Positions 11,911-25,537 are shown, counted from the first letter of the whole stretch. The stretch is DNA of 59,174 bases, filler included, from Porpidia crustulata (GCA_964255105.1; 4 parts of 4 records of this genome joined end to end with filler, not necessarily neighbours in it); one strand, 5' to 3'. Program-made: numbers and translations. Notes: generated by a model from the sequence alone, not told the origin.

Positions 11911-13254
11911 ATGACGTCTGCCCTCAACACCTACATTGTCACATTCAATTGCGCGCGAGAAATAGTTGAGCCCAGGGTATTTGCTGGTCATCTTCTAGAT
12001 GCTCTTCCCAGTTCTCAGACGCCCGATGTCATTATACTCTCACTCCAAGAGATTGCATCAATTGGCTATTCTTTTGTTGGCGGATCATGTTTGACAGCAT
12101 ATCTGGAGGCGTTTCGACATGCTGTTGATATAGCGACTTCTACAGTACTTAATGAAAAATACACGAATATCATCACTAGAAATGTTGGTATGACGGTAAT
12201 CATGGCTTTCGTACTCACGGATCAAGTCAGCAACGTCCAGTGGCTGGAGTCTGCCGGAGTAGGGTTAGGAGTGCATGAGATGGGAAATAAAGGTGCCGTC
12301 GGTCTCAGGCTGGGATACTCTTGTGGAGAAGAGGTTATTGAGCTGGCAGCAGTAGCCGCTCATCTAGCACCAATGGAAAACGGTTTGGACAGGCGTAACG
12401 AAGATTGGATAAACATTGTCCGCAGGCTAGTGTTTACGTCAGAAAAGAAGGAAACTACCCTCGCCGCAGAGAGGATCGTAGGATCAGACAGCAGGAATGG
12501 TGAAAACGAATCGCTGCTCTCCAGATATCCGGGGAAATCGACGTCTTCCGGGTCAGGAATATATACATCTACCTCACACTTGATTCTTGCAGGAGACCTC
12601 AATTACCGGACATCGCGGTCTAAGCCTTCTCCAGCCGACTACCAATCGTATCCCCAACCGACAGTGGACGTCACTGATCCCCGACATTACTCAAATCTAT
12701 TGAGAGACGACCAGCTTTCGCGCGAGCTAAAAGCTGGAAGGACGTGTCACGGCCTAACAGAAGCGACCATTCAATTTTCTCCTACGTACAAATATTCCAA
12801 CAACCAGCAAGCTGTTATAGAGACAAACGATGGCTTGAGGTGGGATTGGGCTATACATCGATTTCCAAGCTGGTGCGATCGTATATTGTACCTTGACCTT
12901 CCCTCAAGGATGAAAGAACAAGATCCATCGGCCTCGGTAGGAGTGAACGGCTACACTTCACTTCCATTAATGGTAACGTCAGACCACCGTCCTGTAGCTT
13001 TGTCTCTTTCGCTACCTGCAAGAGCCATACCTGCTCCTACCGAAGTACGGACTAACGGCGACATGAGAGTAAACCCCCCATTTGCTCTTGACGCAGCGTG
13101 GAGGCAAAAAAGGAAGTTGGCACGGAGAAAGGAAATTACTGTTGGCTTACTCGCGATCCTGGGGTTGACTTGGGAAGGCAGGATGTTGTTGCTCGCAATG
13201 ATGCTTGGTGCATTTGGCGGGTGGTTCATCATCATGAGTATGCTCAAGACTTGA
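11911..13254 (+). CDS. Inositol polyphosphate 5-phosphatase, INP54-like, with C-terminal membrane anchor
   Basis: VTFNC, LSLQEI, GNKGAV, AGDLNYR, PTYKY, PSWCDRIL and SDHRPV motifs; hydrophobic C-terminal tail. Confidence 0.92.
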   Translation: MTSALNTYIVTFNCAREIVEPRVFAGHLLDALPSSQTPDVIILSLQEIASIGYSFVGGSCLTAYLEAFRHAVDIATSTVLNEKYTNIITRNVGMTVIMAFVLTDQVSNVQWLESAGVGLGVHEMGNKGAVGLRLGYSCGEEVIELAAVAAHLAPMENGLDRRNEDWINIVRRLVFTSEKKETTLAAERIVGSDSRNGENESLLSRYPGKSTSSGSGIYTSTSHLILAGDLNYRTSRSKPSPADYQSYPQPTVDVTDPRHYSNLLRDDQLSRELKAGRTCHGLTEATIQFSPTYKYSNNQQAVIETNDGLRWDWAIHRFPSWCDRILYLDLPSRMKEQDPSASVGVNGYTSLPLMVTSDHRPVALSLSLPARAIPAPTEVRTNGDMRVNPPFALDAAWRQKRKLARRKEITVGLLAILGLTWEGRMLLLAMMLGAFGGWFIIMSMLKT

Positions 13255-14734
13255 GAAAAATTCGATAAATGACAGCTTAAAATTCTCGATCGCTCGGACT
13301 TGTTGGAGCCCTGAAAAGCCATACATGGGTTCTGCCAATGAAATGGCTCATTATGTTTACGGCCCTTTTTGAAGTGCCCAGCTTCGTCCAGACTGAAGAG
13401 ACCTTGGAGAACTGCTCCCCGGATTGTACCAAATCCCGCTCTATCACTGATCTCGTGTGGAGATTGGAAGGTGAAAGTTACTCGCTCAGTATTTTTAATA
13501 CGCCCATCGTATTCTTCCACTAAGGGCTCTTCTCTAACGGAGGTATCCCTTACAGAGCACACGTTGTTTCTTCTCGCGCCGTCCACCATAAGATAACGAT
13601 ATATACATGATTCGTTCCTAGAATTATGTATGTGTGCACATTTGGTGGAACCTATGCTTCAGTTGTAAGAATCGTCAAAAATGTGGCCGATCTTCCAAGG
13701 CTATTCTCTGGCAAGCTGTCTTGGCACCTTGGATACTGTTGTCCTGCAAACATCCGAATATTAGGCTGCTCACTACTGGAATCACGGGTGCGCGAAGGCC
13801 GTTGAGGAATAGTCATCTGATGCAATACTCTGAGTCGTGGAGCTGCAGGGCCTGTACATCAATTCTCGAGGAAATTGGTCTCTCTTCCAGTGTGGGCTCA
13901 TAGAAACGTCCACCGCGGTGCTCCTTTGGAGATTGATCAGTCAGTCCAAGAAACTTTTCCCAGCACATCTTGCATTTCTTAGACCTCGGATGTGGTCGAC
14001 TTTCCATTGGATATCACAAGCATACAGGCTTGCTTGATTTGACGTCCCATTTGTCAGCTACTTCCATCGGATCGACAGACCAGACGCATGGCCGCAGTAG
14101 TCAATCCTTGGTCTTTCTGATATCGAATTCTGACAGCTCCTTGACACAAGATCTTATGCAATGATATACGCCTTTCCCTGGGATCTGCAGCGACTATTCC
14201 TCCCTAATGATCGTCCTATCCCACAGTGGCAGCTAATGTAGTATTAGTGATCCGATCCTGCATTGTATTTCACCGTTTGCATATCTCGTACAATTATCTG
14301 ATACGGGAATGTAAAATGGGGGTTTTCCAAGCACGACTCTGATAACACCATTTTGAACATGCAATCCAATGCTCAAAAAACATCGAACCACAACAGGATT
14401 GCTTTCCACTATTTCAAAGTCACAACATTAACAAAGTATGGAAGCCCCCGCAGCACGTTCCGTCCCGCAACAAGTGTCTCGAGCCCAACATGCGAAACCC
14501 CCGCATCTGAAACGGCCCCACCATGTTTCAGTGTATTTCGCGCACGCAAGATATCTAGATCATTGATAGCCCCAAGCCTTTCGGATCCTCCCATGCCCGA
14601 AACATGGCAACAGAATTGTCAATCGGAACGAATCTTGGGGCCCAACGTAGCATCACTAAAGCACCTCGCAAGCACAGCCCAGGATGTATGCGTAATGTCG
14701 TGCGTGTTCGCTTACTACGATTCGTATATACATA

Positions 14735-14834
14735 NNNNNNNNNNNNNNNNNNNNNNNNNNNNNNNNNNNNNNNNNNNNTTAATTAATTAANNNNNNNNNN
14801 NNNNNNNNNNNNNNNNNNNNNNNNNNNNNNNNNN
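14735..14834. other. Artificial contig spacer (44 N + TTAATTAATTAA + 44 N)
   Basis: 100-bp spacer with a six-frame stop linker; identical at all three gaps. Confidence 0.97.
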
Positions 14835-15339
14835 TATTTTTCCCGGTTGGCGTTCAAGTCTGCAGACATGTTCCGGAAATAACTTCCAATCTTTGCAGAT
14901 CCAGGGGCTAGTAGACCCATAGGACTGTGTGATATTCAGTCAGCTACTACCCAAAAACGTCGCCAAAGCTAGCTGGCCCTATCAAGTGCTCCAGAACTCA
15001 CTGATTGGAGCGTGTACCCAGGAGGAACACGACCATGTCCTTGTCGGCAGCCTTCTCAGGAAAGCTCCCGTCTTCATTGGGAATCTGCGCAATCCATTTT
15101 CCCTTCTTGACGCCGTCCATGTAGATATTATGGGTGAGACCGTATGCCATGAGCGTGCTCCCAAGGATACGCCATGTAAGACATAGAAACGCTGGAGCAA
15201 GGGCGACGAGGCGAGGGAGAAATAGAACCAGAACTGATTGCAGACAAGCACCGCAGAGAAGCCATGTAGACGTGCTGAAGCTGTCGCGAAAGAGGGGACC
15301 TATGGTTGGAGGTTGGAAACGCCTGAAGATTGAAGACAT
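14835..15339 (-). CDS. DUF4188 / af470-type monooxygenase-like protein, 5' part only (cut by spacer)
   Basis: RDSFSTSTWLLCGACLQ...YMDGVKKGKWIAQIP...MVVFLLGTRSN, then after an intron PMGLLAPGSAKIGSYF, typical of this fungal family. Confidence 0.75.
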
Positions 15340-15925
15340 TGTTGCTATGGTCGCTTGGAAATTACGCAGTAGAGGGTTCGGAAATTGAAAGATGTCTTGG
15401 AAAATTCTATCAGTTGAGCAGAGGATACGATGGCAATTGGGAATCCCATTGTCGCATAGAGTCGTAACTTTATAAGAATCCTTCAGCTACAGCCTCGCTA
15501 TCCTATTCCACAGCCGCATAGACATTGAGCCGATACATCTCAGGTGCGTCCGAAGAGCTGCGAGCAATGATAAGCCACCAATGCTGTGCTATGAAGTGGT
15601 GATTCATGGCGGTTGAAAGTTATCCCATGAAGGTATTCGAATCCTCTCGTCTGAACCCTCCGGCCATGGCCAACGCACGGAAGCTCGGCCTAATTATTGC
15701 TGCGGCGCCAGAAGTCATTGCACCAATTTTCAGGGGGGGTATCTCGCTTACTGTTGCTCAGTAATTGCTGATAGAATCCAAAGAGTCTAGACTATTCCAA
15801 AAACAGCAGCGTGGTAGCGAAATAGCAAAAGAGCAAAAGAGCAAAAGCTACATAATTATTGCAGTTGCTATGGAATACTAGCCTATAGTACGGCAACTTC
15901 ATGGCAGCCTCCTTGAATAGACCAC

Positions 15926-18650
15926 TTAGCCCTTTGTCCTCTTCTCAACCCTCCTCTCGAGTACACTCCTCGCTTCACTTTCACTCAGCATCTCCAATCC
16001 CAATTCTTCCAATACCTCTCGTCCACTTTCATTGCTCCGATAGATTCTCTGATCTACTTCCCATAGCCCGAGTATCCCTTCTTCCATTTCACCCATCTGC
16101 ACAGAAGTAACCGGTAGTTGTAGCAGCACAATAGCCTGCCCGAGCTTTCGCATCCCTAACTCACCTTGGCCCTCCCCGAGATGTCGATCCATAACCTGCC
16201 AAATGGCAGAAACGTCACGGGTGAATTGCGCAGTGCCGGAGGAAGAGAAAGTATTGCGCATGAGAACATTGTCCCATAGAAAGGATTGCGTTGAGAGCGC
16301 TAGTTGGCGCGCGATGCGGCGGAGAGGGGCCCGGGCAAGGACCTGGGAGAGGAAGGACAGATACGAAGATAGCGCTTCGATGGTGCCGTCAAGCTCGGCT
16401 GTAAGTGCCAGAGAGGACACGCTGGAGTTCGTATCTGGCGACAGCAATGACCAAGGATTGATGCGACTGTAGGCCCGGAGGGAGGCTCTTATGCCGTCTA
16501 TCAGCAAATCCTGAATCAAGCCTTCCGTACGAACTCGTAACCGCCTGTAAGCACCGGCAGTTTCGTCGAATAAAGCGCCAGAATCCTCTTCGGAGCCAAC
16601 ATGGCTTGACGTCCGCTCAGCCACATCCTCTACACTCATTTGACCAGCTAGCTTCTTGCCCGTGTTTGATCTAGCCCGATCTTGCAACTCATCCCATAGC
16701 TCCAAGAAAAAGACATCATCGCTCCAGTCACCCATCTTCTTCTCCAAGTATTCTGCGCTGCCATAGACTCGACATAGGCGCTCGAGTCCACCAAGACCTT
16801 GTAGCTCCTTTTGTTCATCTTTTGATATGGTGTGAACGGTCCGTCCAATGGATGAGGTAAGGCTTAGATAGGCCTCAAGGGACGAATGGAGACGATAGTG
16901 AAACTTGTCAAAAATGGCAATCTGTATATCGATCAAAAAGCGCAACTTCTGTGAGAAAGACGTTAGTGGCCGGTATCGATCTATTGTATCATTAGTAAAA
17001 GCTGTCAAAAGCCGATATATCCGTACCCGTTATAGTCTCTAGCAAGTCGTTTACTCTTATTGCCGCGTTTGTGGGCTTTGTAGCGGTTGGATCTACACTC
17101 TCGTAGTCGATCTCTCCGCTTTCAGGCGCGTCAATGATATCTTGGTATCGAGACAGTGCGACTACACGCGCGGTCAGCATAGCTTCGCTCTAACAAGTAA
17201 CATCACAGACAAGTCTTTTCTACGTCCAGCCATCTCCCAAACCAGTCCATCTTCACCAAAACTTCCCAAGTCAGTCCACTCCAACCATCCACACCAAATC
17301 CTCCATCGTAGCCCCAATCATCCCTTAGGCTAACATCAAAACCCATGAGCTCATGAATGAAATGGCTTAATAATTGCGGTTGCTTCGCAATCTGTGGCAA
17401 AGAAGCAGATATCTTTCGGCGAAGCATCGGTAGTAAAGATGTAATAAGAGCAGAAGTAGAGTCAATGTATATGGAAGTGAGAGCTAAACTTGACCTCAAA
17501 AATCGACGGCGAAGTATTGGCTGCAAGTGGAGTGCAAAGAATTTTTCGTATGTATTCAGTAAACCAATGGCGTGTGAAAGGAAATATTCCGGCTATTTTC
17601 GTTAGTCCAAGTGAAACGCTAGCATTTGGTTATACACGCACCTTATCTAGCCTGTTGGTCAGTCGATCACATTCAAAATGATATTGAAAGCGTAATTCTA
17701 AAGGCTTGACCATAGCTTGTAATGGAAGTAGTACCAGAGGATCATCTTTCGTATTGTGCTCGTAGACTTGATTGTCCCTTGCCTTGATCTCGCTATGCAA
17801 AACGATGGTCAGCCTAACAATAGAACAGAAGACTTAAATTCCAAGAGAACCACGGTGTGAACTTACGGCTCTTGCAAATCCAGGAGCTTCTCCACTCCAG
17901 CTACCCACTCTTTTTCCAGATTTCCTGCAAGCGTGACATCCTTTCCGGGCCACTTAATAAGTTTCAAAGTTTTCTCAAACTCGCCAGTAAATGCATTCTT
18001 CATCTGCGTCCATAGCATACGTGCTGTTGCGTCTACATGATCGACTAAATGAGGAGCCGCATCCTCGGCAGCTGGCTGAGCTTCTTTCAGCCCAGCAGCA
18101 AGATCTTGAAGTCTTGTGTATGGCTTTAATGCAGCTTGCGGCGACACATTGAAGTTCCGCCTGGCTTCTGAGCTTCGATGCGACTGTCAGACGACGGGAA
18201 CTGAACATGAACGAGACTCAGACCTTAGATTTTCGACTTCTGCGAGTAATTCCACATAACCTCTAGCGATATCCAATCGACGCAGACTGTCCATGCTCGA
18301 ATCGAATTTCCGTACGGCATCGTCGCTGGTTTCAGATCGTGTGACTATGAGTAGACGCCGGTCAATATTGGCTTGCTGTTTCCTAAACCTCTCTGCTTGT
18401 TGTACTAAGTCTGTCGAGTGGGCGCGAGAAGCCTTATCAGCCTCAGCGAGAGCTATTTCCGCCTCTTGAAGCTAGCACTCGGTCAGACTATGTTTTCAAA
18501 GCTAGAGGAAAGACATACCTGCTGTCTAAGTAATCTTTGTTGATTTGTAACATTTTCCAGTAAAGTGTCTAAGTTTTCCAAGTCACGATTGCTCTGCAGC
18601 TTGTCGTCCAGATAATCGTGTACACGTATGCTCTGTTCCTCACTCAACAT
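15926..18650 (-). CDS. TIP20: RINT-1/TIP20 family protein (Dsl1 tethering complex), multi-exon
   Basis: Starts MLSEEQSIRVHDYLDDKLQS. Internal LRFQYHFECDRLTNRLDKPE, LLSHFIHELMGFD, FLIDIQIAIFD and WSDDVFFLELW motifs. Several GT-AG introns. Confidence 0.92.
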
Positions 18651-18828
18651 GATTATGATAATGAGTTTCAGCAGTTTGCAGTCGTTGGATTTGCCCTGCC
18701 ATCAACCCAATTCGGCGATACGACCCTTAAAGCCGAACTATGCACGGACCACATGTATGACAGCGGTCTCTGCGTCAGTTTGAAGTAAGCTCTGCGAGAT
18801 TGTGGATGCTGAATCGCGTGCGTACACA

Positions 18829-21561
18829 ATGTCGACGCCCACCAAGCGGCGGAGAACAAATGCATACAGATCGTCGCCCCAAGCAGTAGGAAGTATAGAT
18901 TTCTTTTTCGGTAAACAAAAGGCCAAACTTGATTCCGAGGCATTAGAGAATGGAGTCGACAATCGCGTCCATTCTCAAGTTCAATCACCGGACAAAAGTA
19001 CCCACAAAATCATTAAATCAGCATGCGAAGACGAAGAGCTAGCTAGAAGACTCCAAAATGAATGGGACAAGGAAGAGAAAGAGCTAAAAGGTGGCGATTT
19101 GGCTAAGCTCGAGGAGAAATTGCCAAACGCATCGAGCTTACCTCTCCAAAAGCCCAGCAATACCTCTACAGAGCTTAATTCTAGTCCCAATCACCAAGAA
19201 TCTCCATCAAGCCCTACTCACGCCGCAGAGATTTCCGAATTGTATCCTGGAAAAAAGGTTACAAGTGCCCCAGAGAAGAAAGCAACTCTTTCTTTACAGG
19301 CAACTGCCGCTGCCGAAAATTCTGCTTCTTCAACAATACCGTTTGACGTGAGTCCCTTGACTTTTAATCCTGGTGAATATGTTCCAGCGCTCCGGAAAAA
19401 TTGGGCTATAGAAGATGGTGATGCCTCTTATGGTCTGCTTACCAGGTGCTTCATCCTCGTCAACAGCACGCAAAGTCGAATAAAAATTGTAGATACTTTG
19501 GTGAACTTCCTTCGCACAGTCATAGAAGGGGATCCAGAAAGTCTTCTGCCCGCTGTGAGTGATGGCATACCTTTTGATGTTCCATAACCCTGCTGACTCT
19601 GGCAGGTGTGGTTGGCTACGAATGCAATATCTCCTCCATATATTTCTTTAGAACTCGGCTTAGGTGGCTCTGCTATTTCCAAAGCACTGAAAAAGATGTG
19701 CGGGCTTGACAGTACGGGTTTGAAGGCTCTCTACGACAAACACGGAGATGCCGGTGATGTTGCATTCGAGGCAAAGAAGCGGCAGAGTTTCACACTACGC
19801 AGGCCAAAGCCATTATCTATTAAGAATGTGTTCCAGAGTCTCATCAAGATAGCCAACAGCAAGGGTAACGGCAGTCAAGAATTCAAACAACGAATTGTCG
19901 AGAGACTACTACAGGACGCTCAAGGTCCGGAGGAGAGTAGATATCTGGTGCGCACTTTGGTTCAACATCTGAGAATCGGCGCCGTCAAAACTACTATGCT
20001 TATCGCGCTTTCGCGAGCCTTTCAGCTATCAAGACCACCCGGGGCGTCATTTCAGATCAAATTACAATCAGATCTTATGATATTAAAAAAAGATCAATTG
20101 TCAGAAGTATACGCAAGAGGTGAGGAACTAGTCAAAGCTTGTTTTGCCCGTCGACCTAATTACAATGACCTTGTTCCCTGTCTACTTGAAGTTGGTACAT
20201 CTGATGATCTTCTCCTTCAATGTGGACTTATGTTGCACATACCACTAAGGCCTATGCTAGGCAGCATTACCAGAGATCTTGGTGAAATGCTTACAAAGCT
20301 TCAGGGGCGCGACTTTAGCTGCGAGTACAAGTATGACGGGCAGCGAGCTCAAGTGCACTGTGATGAGAAAGGTAAAGTTTCCATTTTTTCCAGACACTTG
20401 GAGATTATGACCGATAAATATCCTGATCTGGTTGCCTTGGTGCCAAAAATACGTGGCGAGGGTGTTAGCAGCTTCATACTTGAGGGAGAAGTTGTTGCTG
20501 TCGATCAAGAAACGGGAAATTTGAAAGCCTTTCAAACCCTTACCAACAGGGCCAGGAAGGACGTTGCTATAGAGTCAATCAAAGTCAATGTGTGTTTGTT
20601 TTCTTTCGACTTGATGTACCTGAACGGGGAAGAGTTGCTTGACAGACCCTTTCGCGAACGGAGAGAGCTTTTGCGAAGCCTCTTTGTAGAGCTACCTAAC
20701 CAATTTACTTGGGTTCAAAGTATTGATGCTACATCGTCTGATTCAGAGACTGTGCTTGAATTCTTTAAAGGAGCTATAGACATTAAGTGCGAAGGTATCA
20801 TGGTAAAAGTACTCGACAACATCCCGAGCCCAATTCTCCAGCAACCTTCTATGCATAACCTAGAATCCAAAGAGATTGCTATGCCCCTTCCAATCAAAGC
20901 GGCCAAACGAACCAAATTGAAAGCTTCCGCAGCAGAACGAGCTGAGGAAAAAGACAAAGGTTCTCGCCGTAAAGCTCTTTTGGCAACATACGAGCCCGAC
21001 AAACGCCTTGACTCATGGCTCAAGGTCAAGAAAGATTACAATACCTCGGCCGACACCATCGATCTAATTCCTGTAGCCGCATGGCATGGATCGGGTAGAA
21101 AGGCCAAATGGTGGTCACCCATACTATTAGCAGTCCGCAACCCGGAGACCGGCTCTCTTGAGGCAGTCACCAAATGCATCAGTGGATTTACCGACAAGTT
21201 CTATCAAGCCAACAGAGACAGGTATGAGGAAGGAGGGGACAACGTTATTTCTCGCCCGAGCTACATCGAATACAACGGGCATCCGGACGTATGGTTCGAA
21301 CCTCAAGAAGTCTGGGAGATGGCATTTGCAGATATCACGATGAGCCCAACCTATCTAGCGGCGTTGGGGCTAGTCAGCGAAGAGCGCGGCTTAAGCATGA
21401 GATTTCCTAGGTTTTTGAAAGTGAGAGAAGACAAAAGCCTCGATGAAGCAAGTACCTCGGATTTTCTGGCTGAACTGTGGAGAAAGCAAGAAGCCAAAGC
21501 CGCCCCCGGGGATACAGTTAGCGTAGAGCTAGATGATCTCGGGGAGTACGAAGACGATTGA
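18829..21561 (+). CDS. ATP-dependent DNA ligase, ligase I family (probably the second, adl1-type fungal paralogue)
   Basis: Motif I EYKYDGQRAQ, plus EGEVVA, FSFDLMYLNG, EGIMVK, WLKVKKDY and SMRFPRF. One intron near 19555-19605. Confidence 0.92.
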
Positions 21562-22361
21562 AGATGTAGCGATATTGTCTTTTTCGATTCATTGTAGAAG
21601 GCCCAACTCCGAAAGCATGATCAAATAAGCACGCAAAAGATTAGCATCTGGCGTCGCTCATAAGTGTCTACCACATGTTCCATCCCTTCTGATATGGTAT
21701 CAGAAATTAGTCGATAGTCATGGTATCAGTGGTTCTTACTTTGCGTACCTTTATGACATGCTTACACCCTGACACCCAAAGTGATTGCGAAGTCGCTGTC
21801 GGCAGGCACTAATCCCGAGAATGGTTAGTGTCAAAACTTGAGGTCGACTTCGATTATTACTGGCACGACTACACAACCCACCCCTCCTCTCTATTTACAA
21901 AGCTCTGGTCGTCTGGTTGAGTACTATTGCCGACGTCCACCTTATAACTTCCCTCTATTACAACGTCGCATGGCGAGGAATCGCTCAACTTGCTGTACGA
22001 GCACCATTGGTTCTTGACTATCATCCTGCCTACCACAAGCCATTGCGCGAGGCGCAAAGCTTTCGCATATAACGTCTTTAGCTTGCCACAAGGAAATTCT
22101 CATCCTACGTTCGAACACTCTATACCCACATCTCGTGGCCACGCAAAAATCTGATCCATGTGGTGGGTAGCGTGCTGAAGAGCCTCGGAAAGGCGAAGAC
22201 ATCTACGAATTGTTGCACAACCCAAATTATGATAGTATAGGCGGCCGATGTCCTAAAGCTACGCAATCCGTGGACCATGCTCGTTAGGTCCTAACACTAA
22301 GAGAAAGAGAGTCCGACTGTAGATTAGCATACATCCCTGGGGGATCTTGCTGGGATTCGCC

Positions 22362-25300
22362 ATGGACCAACCAAACGTTGGCAACATCAATGGATACTAC
22401 GATAGACAATATTCTACGGAGGATTTGCAGAGAGTGGCGGATATGAATAACCATGAAGTAATGATGAGCATGATGGGTTCAAACGGGATGGACAATTCAG
22501 GCATGATTGGAGGTCAGACGCTAGACGAAATCATCAACCAAAATAACAAAGAGATGCAACGCAGAAGAAGCTTCCACCAGTCGCAGCCTGTACCATACGG
22601 GCCTGGCAGAGGCAGCCAAGACCGCGATCCGAGGAGGTCGTCCATGCTCGAATTTGGTTCGACGAGTAACGGTGAGCTAGAAGGCTTCCAATTCGATCCC
22701 TCAACGGTTCCTACATCTGCACCAATACATCGACCAGGTAACATAGCGCAACGTAGGCTTGATAGTCAGCGAGCAAGGAGAAGAGGATCAGGTGAAGATC
22801 TAGCCCTAAATACCCATTTCCAAGGCATTCCGGCGAATTACAGCCCTATACCATCTTCCTCCCCTTATCAACAACAGCCTCTCAATCCTCCTGACGCTAT
22901 GGGAATGGACATGTCTGCGAATTTCATACCTAATTCGATGCTCATGGGTATGGACTATTCTGCAGGTAGTATGGACACTGACCAGAATGGTGATGTTACG
23001 CCCATGAACATATTTTCTCAGAATAACTATTCCCCTAATATAACTTCATCACCATTACAGCAGAATATGTCTAACTCGGTGAGAGGTCCGCCCCAGGATC
23101 CAGGAGGTGGGCGGACAAATAGCCAAGATGACCAAGAAACTCGAGACAAGGTTCCAAACCTACCGATGTCAGATCAGATGCAGAATTTACAGGTCGATCT
23201 TGGCCAGTCTTCCATTCCAATGCCAAATCCACCATCAGATGAATTACAAGATCTTCCGGACTTTGATCAGACTTCGAAGCTCCAGCAAAGCCTGAACCTT
23301 GACTCTTCAGCAGCCAATGCTGAAGCGCAACAGCCCGTGGTGCCTCAATATCGAAACGCTTACTCATCTAGCGGGTTCGACATGCTGGGTGTGCTGATGC
23401 GTGTAGCTACGAGGCCGAAACCGCAGATCAACATCGGCGCTGTGGATATGTCATGCGCCTTCGTAGTATGCGATGTCACTCAGCATGATCTGCCGATTGT
23501 GTACTGCTCAGATATCTTCGAACGTCTTACGGGCTATACGAAACACGAAATTCTGGGCCGAAATTGTCGCTTTCTTCAAGCCCCTGATGGCAAAATCCAA
23601 GTGGGCACCAAAAGGAGATACGTTGACGATCAGTCCGTTTTACGCATCAAGAATATGATCAGCCAACGTCAGGAGATGCAGATCAGCCTTATAAATTACC
23701 GGAAAGGCGGACAGCCTTTCATGAATCTACTCACTATGATACCTATCACCTGGGACTCGGACGAAATCAAGTACTACGTTGGATTTCAAGTTGATCTTGT
23801 AGAGCAGCCCACTTCCATTACTAACAAGAACCCTGACGGGTCATACACCATTAATTACCAACGAGGACTACTGCCGCGGTACGTACTACCTGAGAATAAT
23901 AGTAAGCCAAACACAGAACTCGGTCAGACAGTAGGTCGGGACGAGGTTTCAACTGTTCTAAGCACGTTTGGTACTGGGGAGTCTGAGCTGTCTAAAAGGA
24001 TATGGGACAAGGTCTTGCTTGAGAATACCGACGATGTGGTTCATGTGCTATCGTTGAAGGGACTCTTTCTATATCTGTCACCTTCGAGTCGAAAAGTACT
24101 TGAGTACGATCCCAGCGAACTTGTCGGCACCGCGTTATCCTCTGTGTGCCATCCAAGCGACATCGTCCCCGTGACGCGAGAGCTCAAAGATACTTCAAGC
24201 GGGGCTGCTGTCAATGTAGTATTCAGGATTCGACGGAAACAAAGTGGATACACATGGTTTGAAAGCCATGGATCGCTTCATCTAGAGCAAGGAAAAGGCC
24301 GCAAGTGTATCATCATGGTTGGACGAGAAAGGCCAGTTTATGCTTTGGCCCGCAACGACATTATCTCTGTCGGTGGAATCGGCGAGAGTGAGTTGTGGAC
24401 CAAAATGTCGACATCAGGCATGTTTCTCTTTGTATCTTCAAATGTGCGTAGTCTCCTCGATCGGCAGCCCGAAGATCTTGTAGGCACGAGTGCCCAAGCT
24501 TTGATGCGGCAAGATTCTAGGCTTGAATTTGGTCGGATGCTGGAGCTTGCGCGGACTGGGGTTCGAGCAACTTTCAAGCATGACGTACAGAACAAGCGCG
24601 GTCAAACTCTCCAAGCTCGGACTACGATCTACCCTGGCGATGCGACTGAAGGACAGAAACCGACGTTCTTAGTCGCTCAGACTCGATTACTCAAAGTATC
24701 TCGGAACTCGAATGCCAACAAGCAAGGAACTGGCGTATCACCCAGAAATGATCAAAAGGCCAGCAGCCCGGCATCATCCTCTAGTGCGATGTCCAGCAGT
24801 AACCGTACACCGCAATCAGCTTCGTCAAACGTTTACGGCGATCAACTAACGACACAACCCGGCGGGAGCGGCCTTGCTATTGGCCGTCAGCACGAGGCAC
24901 TGGCGTCTGAAGAAAATGTATTTGATGAGCTCAAGACAACACGCAGTACCAGCTGGCAATTTGAGCTTCGCCAGATGGAAAAGCGCAATCGGCTGCTCGC
25001 AGAAGAGTTGCAGAGTCTACTCTCGAGCAAGAAGAAGAGGAAGAGGAGGAATGGCGCGGGTCAGATGCAGAAAGACTGCGCCAACTGCCATACTCGGGTC
25101 ACGCCAGAGTGGAGGCGCGGTCCAAGTGGCAACCGTGATCTGTGCAACAGCTGTGGTCTGAGATGGGCCAAAGAGGTATGCCCAGTTAAAGAATCCACTT
25201 GCACCACCTATTTGTCTCACGTTACATTTTGCTCTATTCAGTTTGCTCACCATAATATCTACAGAACGGAAGAGTATCTCCACGCACATCGAACCACGGC

Positions 25301-25537
25301 GACAAGCAGTCCGGCTCGCCCGCTCGTCCTTCTATCATTGCGGCTCACAATGCACCTCCCAGCGCATTACCGTCGCTGGATTGCCGATCTCCGCAAGGCA
25401 TTAACGCGGACTCACACGCAGCGAAGATGGCCCGGATGGAGGCGACGGCGTCTCAAGGATTTGGCGGTGGTATTCCCGCTAAGATTGAAGAGGGTGTACT
25501 TTTACAAATAGCCGGGGGCGGACCGAGTCAGATCTGA
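22362..25537 (+). CDS. wc-1: White collar-1 blue-light photoreceptor / GATA transcription factor
   Basis: YSSSGFDML, LOV motif GRNCRFLQ, two further PAS domains, KKKRKRR NLS, GATA finger CANCHTRVTPEWRRGPSGNRDLCNSCGLRWAK. Intron 25176-25264 is followed by NGRVSPR...; stop TGA at 25535-25537. Confidence 0.97.

Noticed and set aside
12951..14164. 212-aa minus ORF overlapping the 5-phosphatase 3' end, and neighbouring short ORFs
   Set aside because: Half of it is antisense to a real gene and no family motif is evident. A degenerate gene cannot be excluded.
14779..14790. TTAATTAATTAA palindrome recurring at ~14.82-kb spacing (also 29600-29611 and 44420-44431)
   Set aside because: It is a synthetic six-frame stop linker embedded in Ns. 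The periodicity reflects similar contig sizes.
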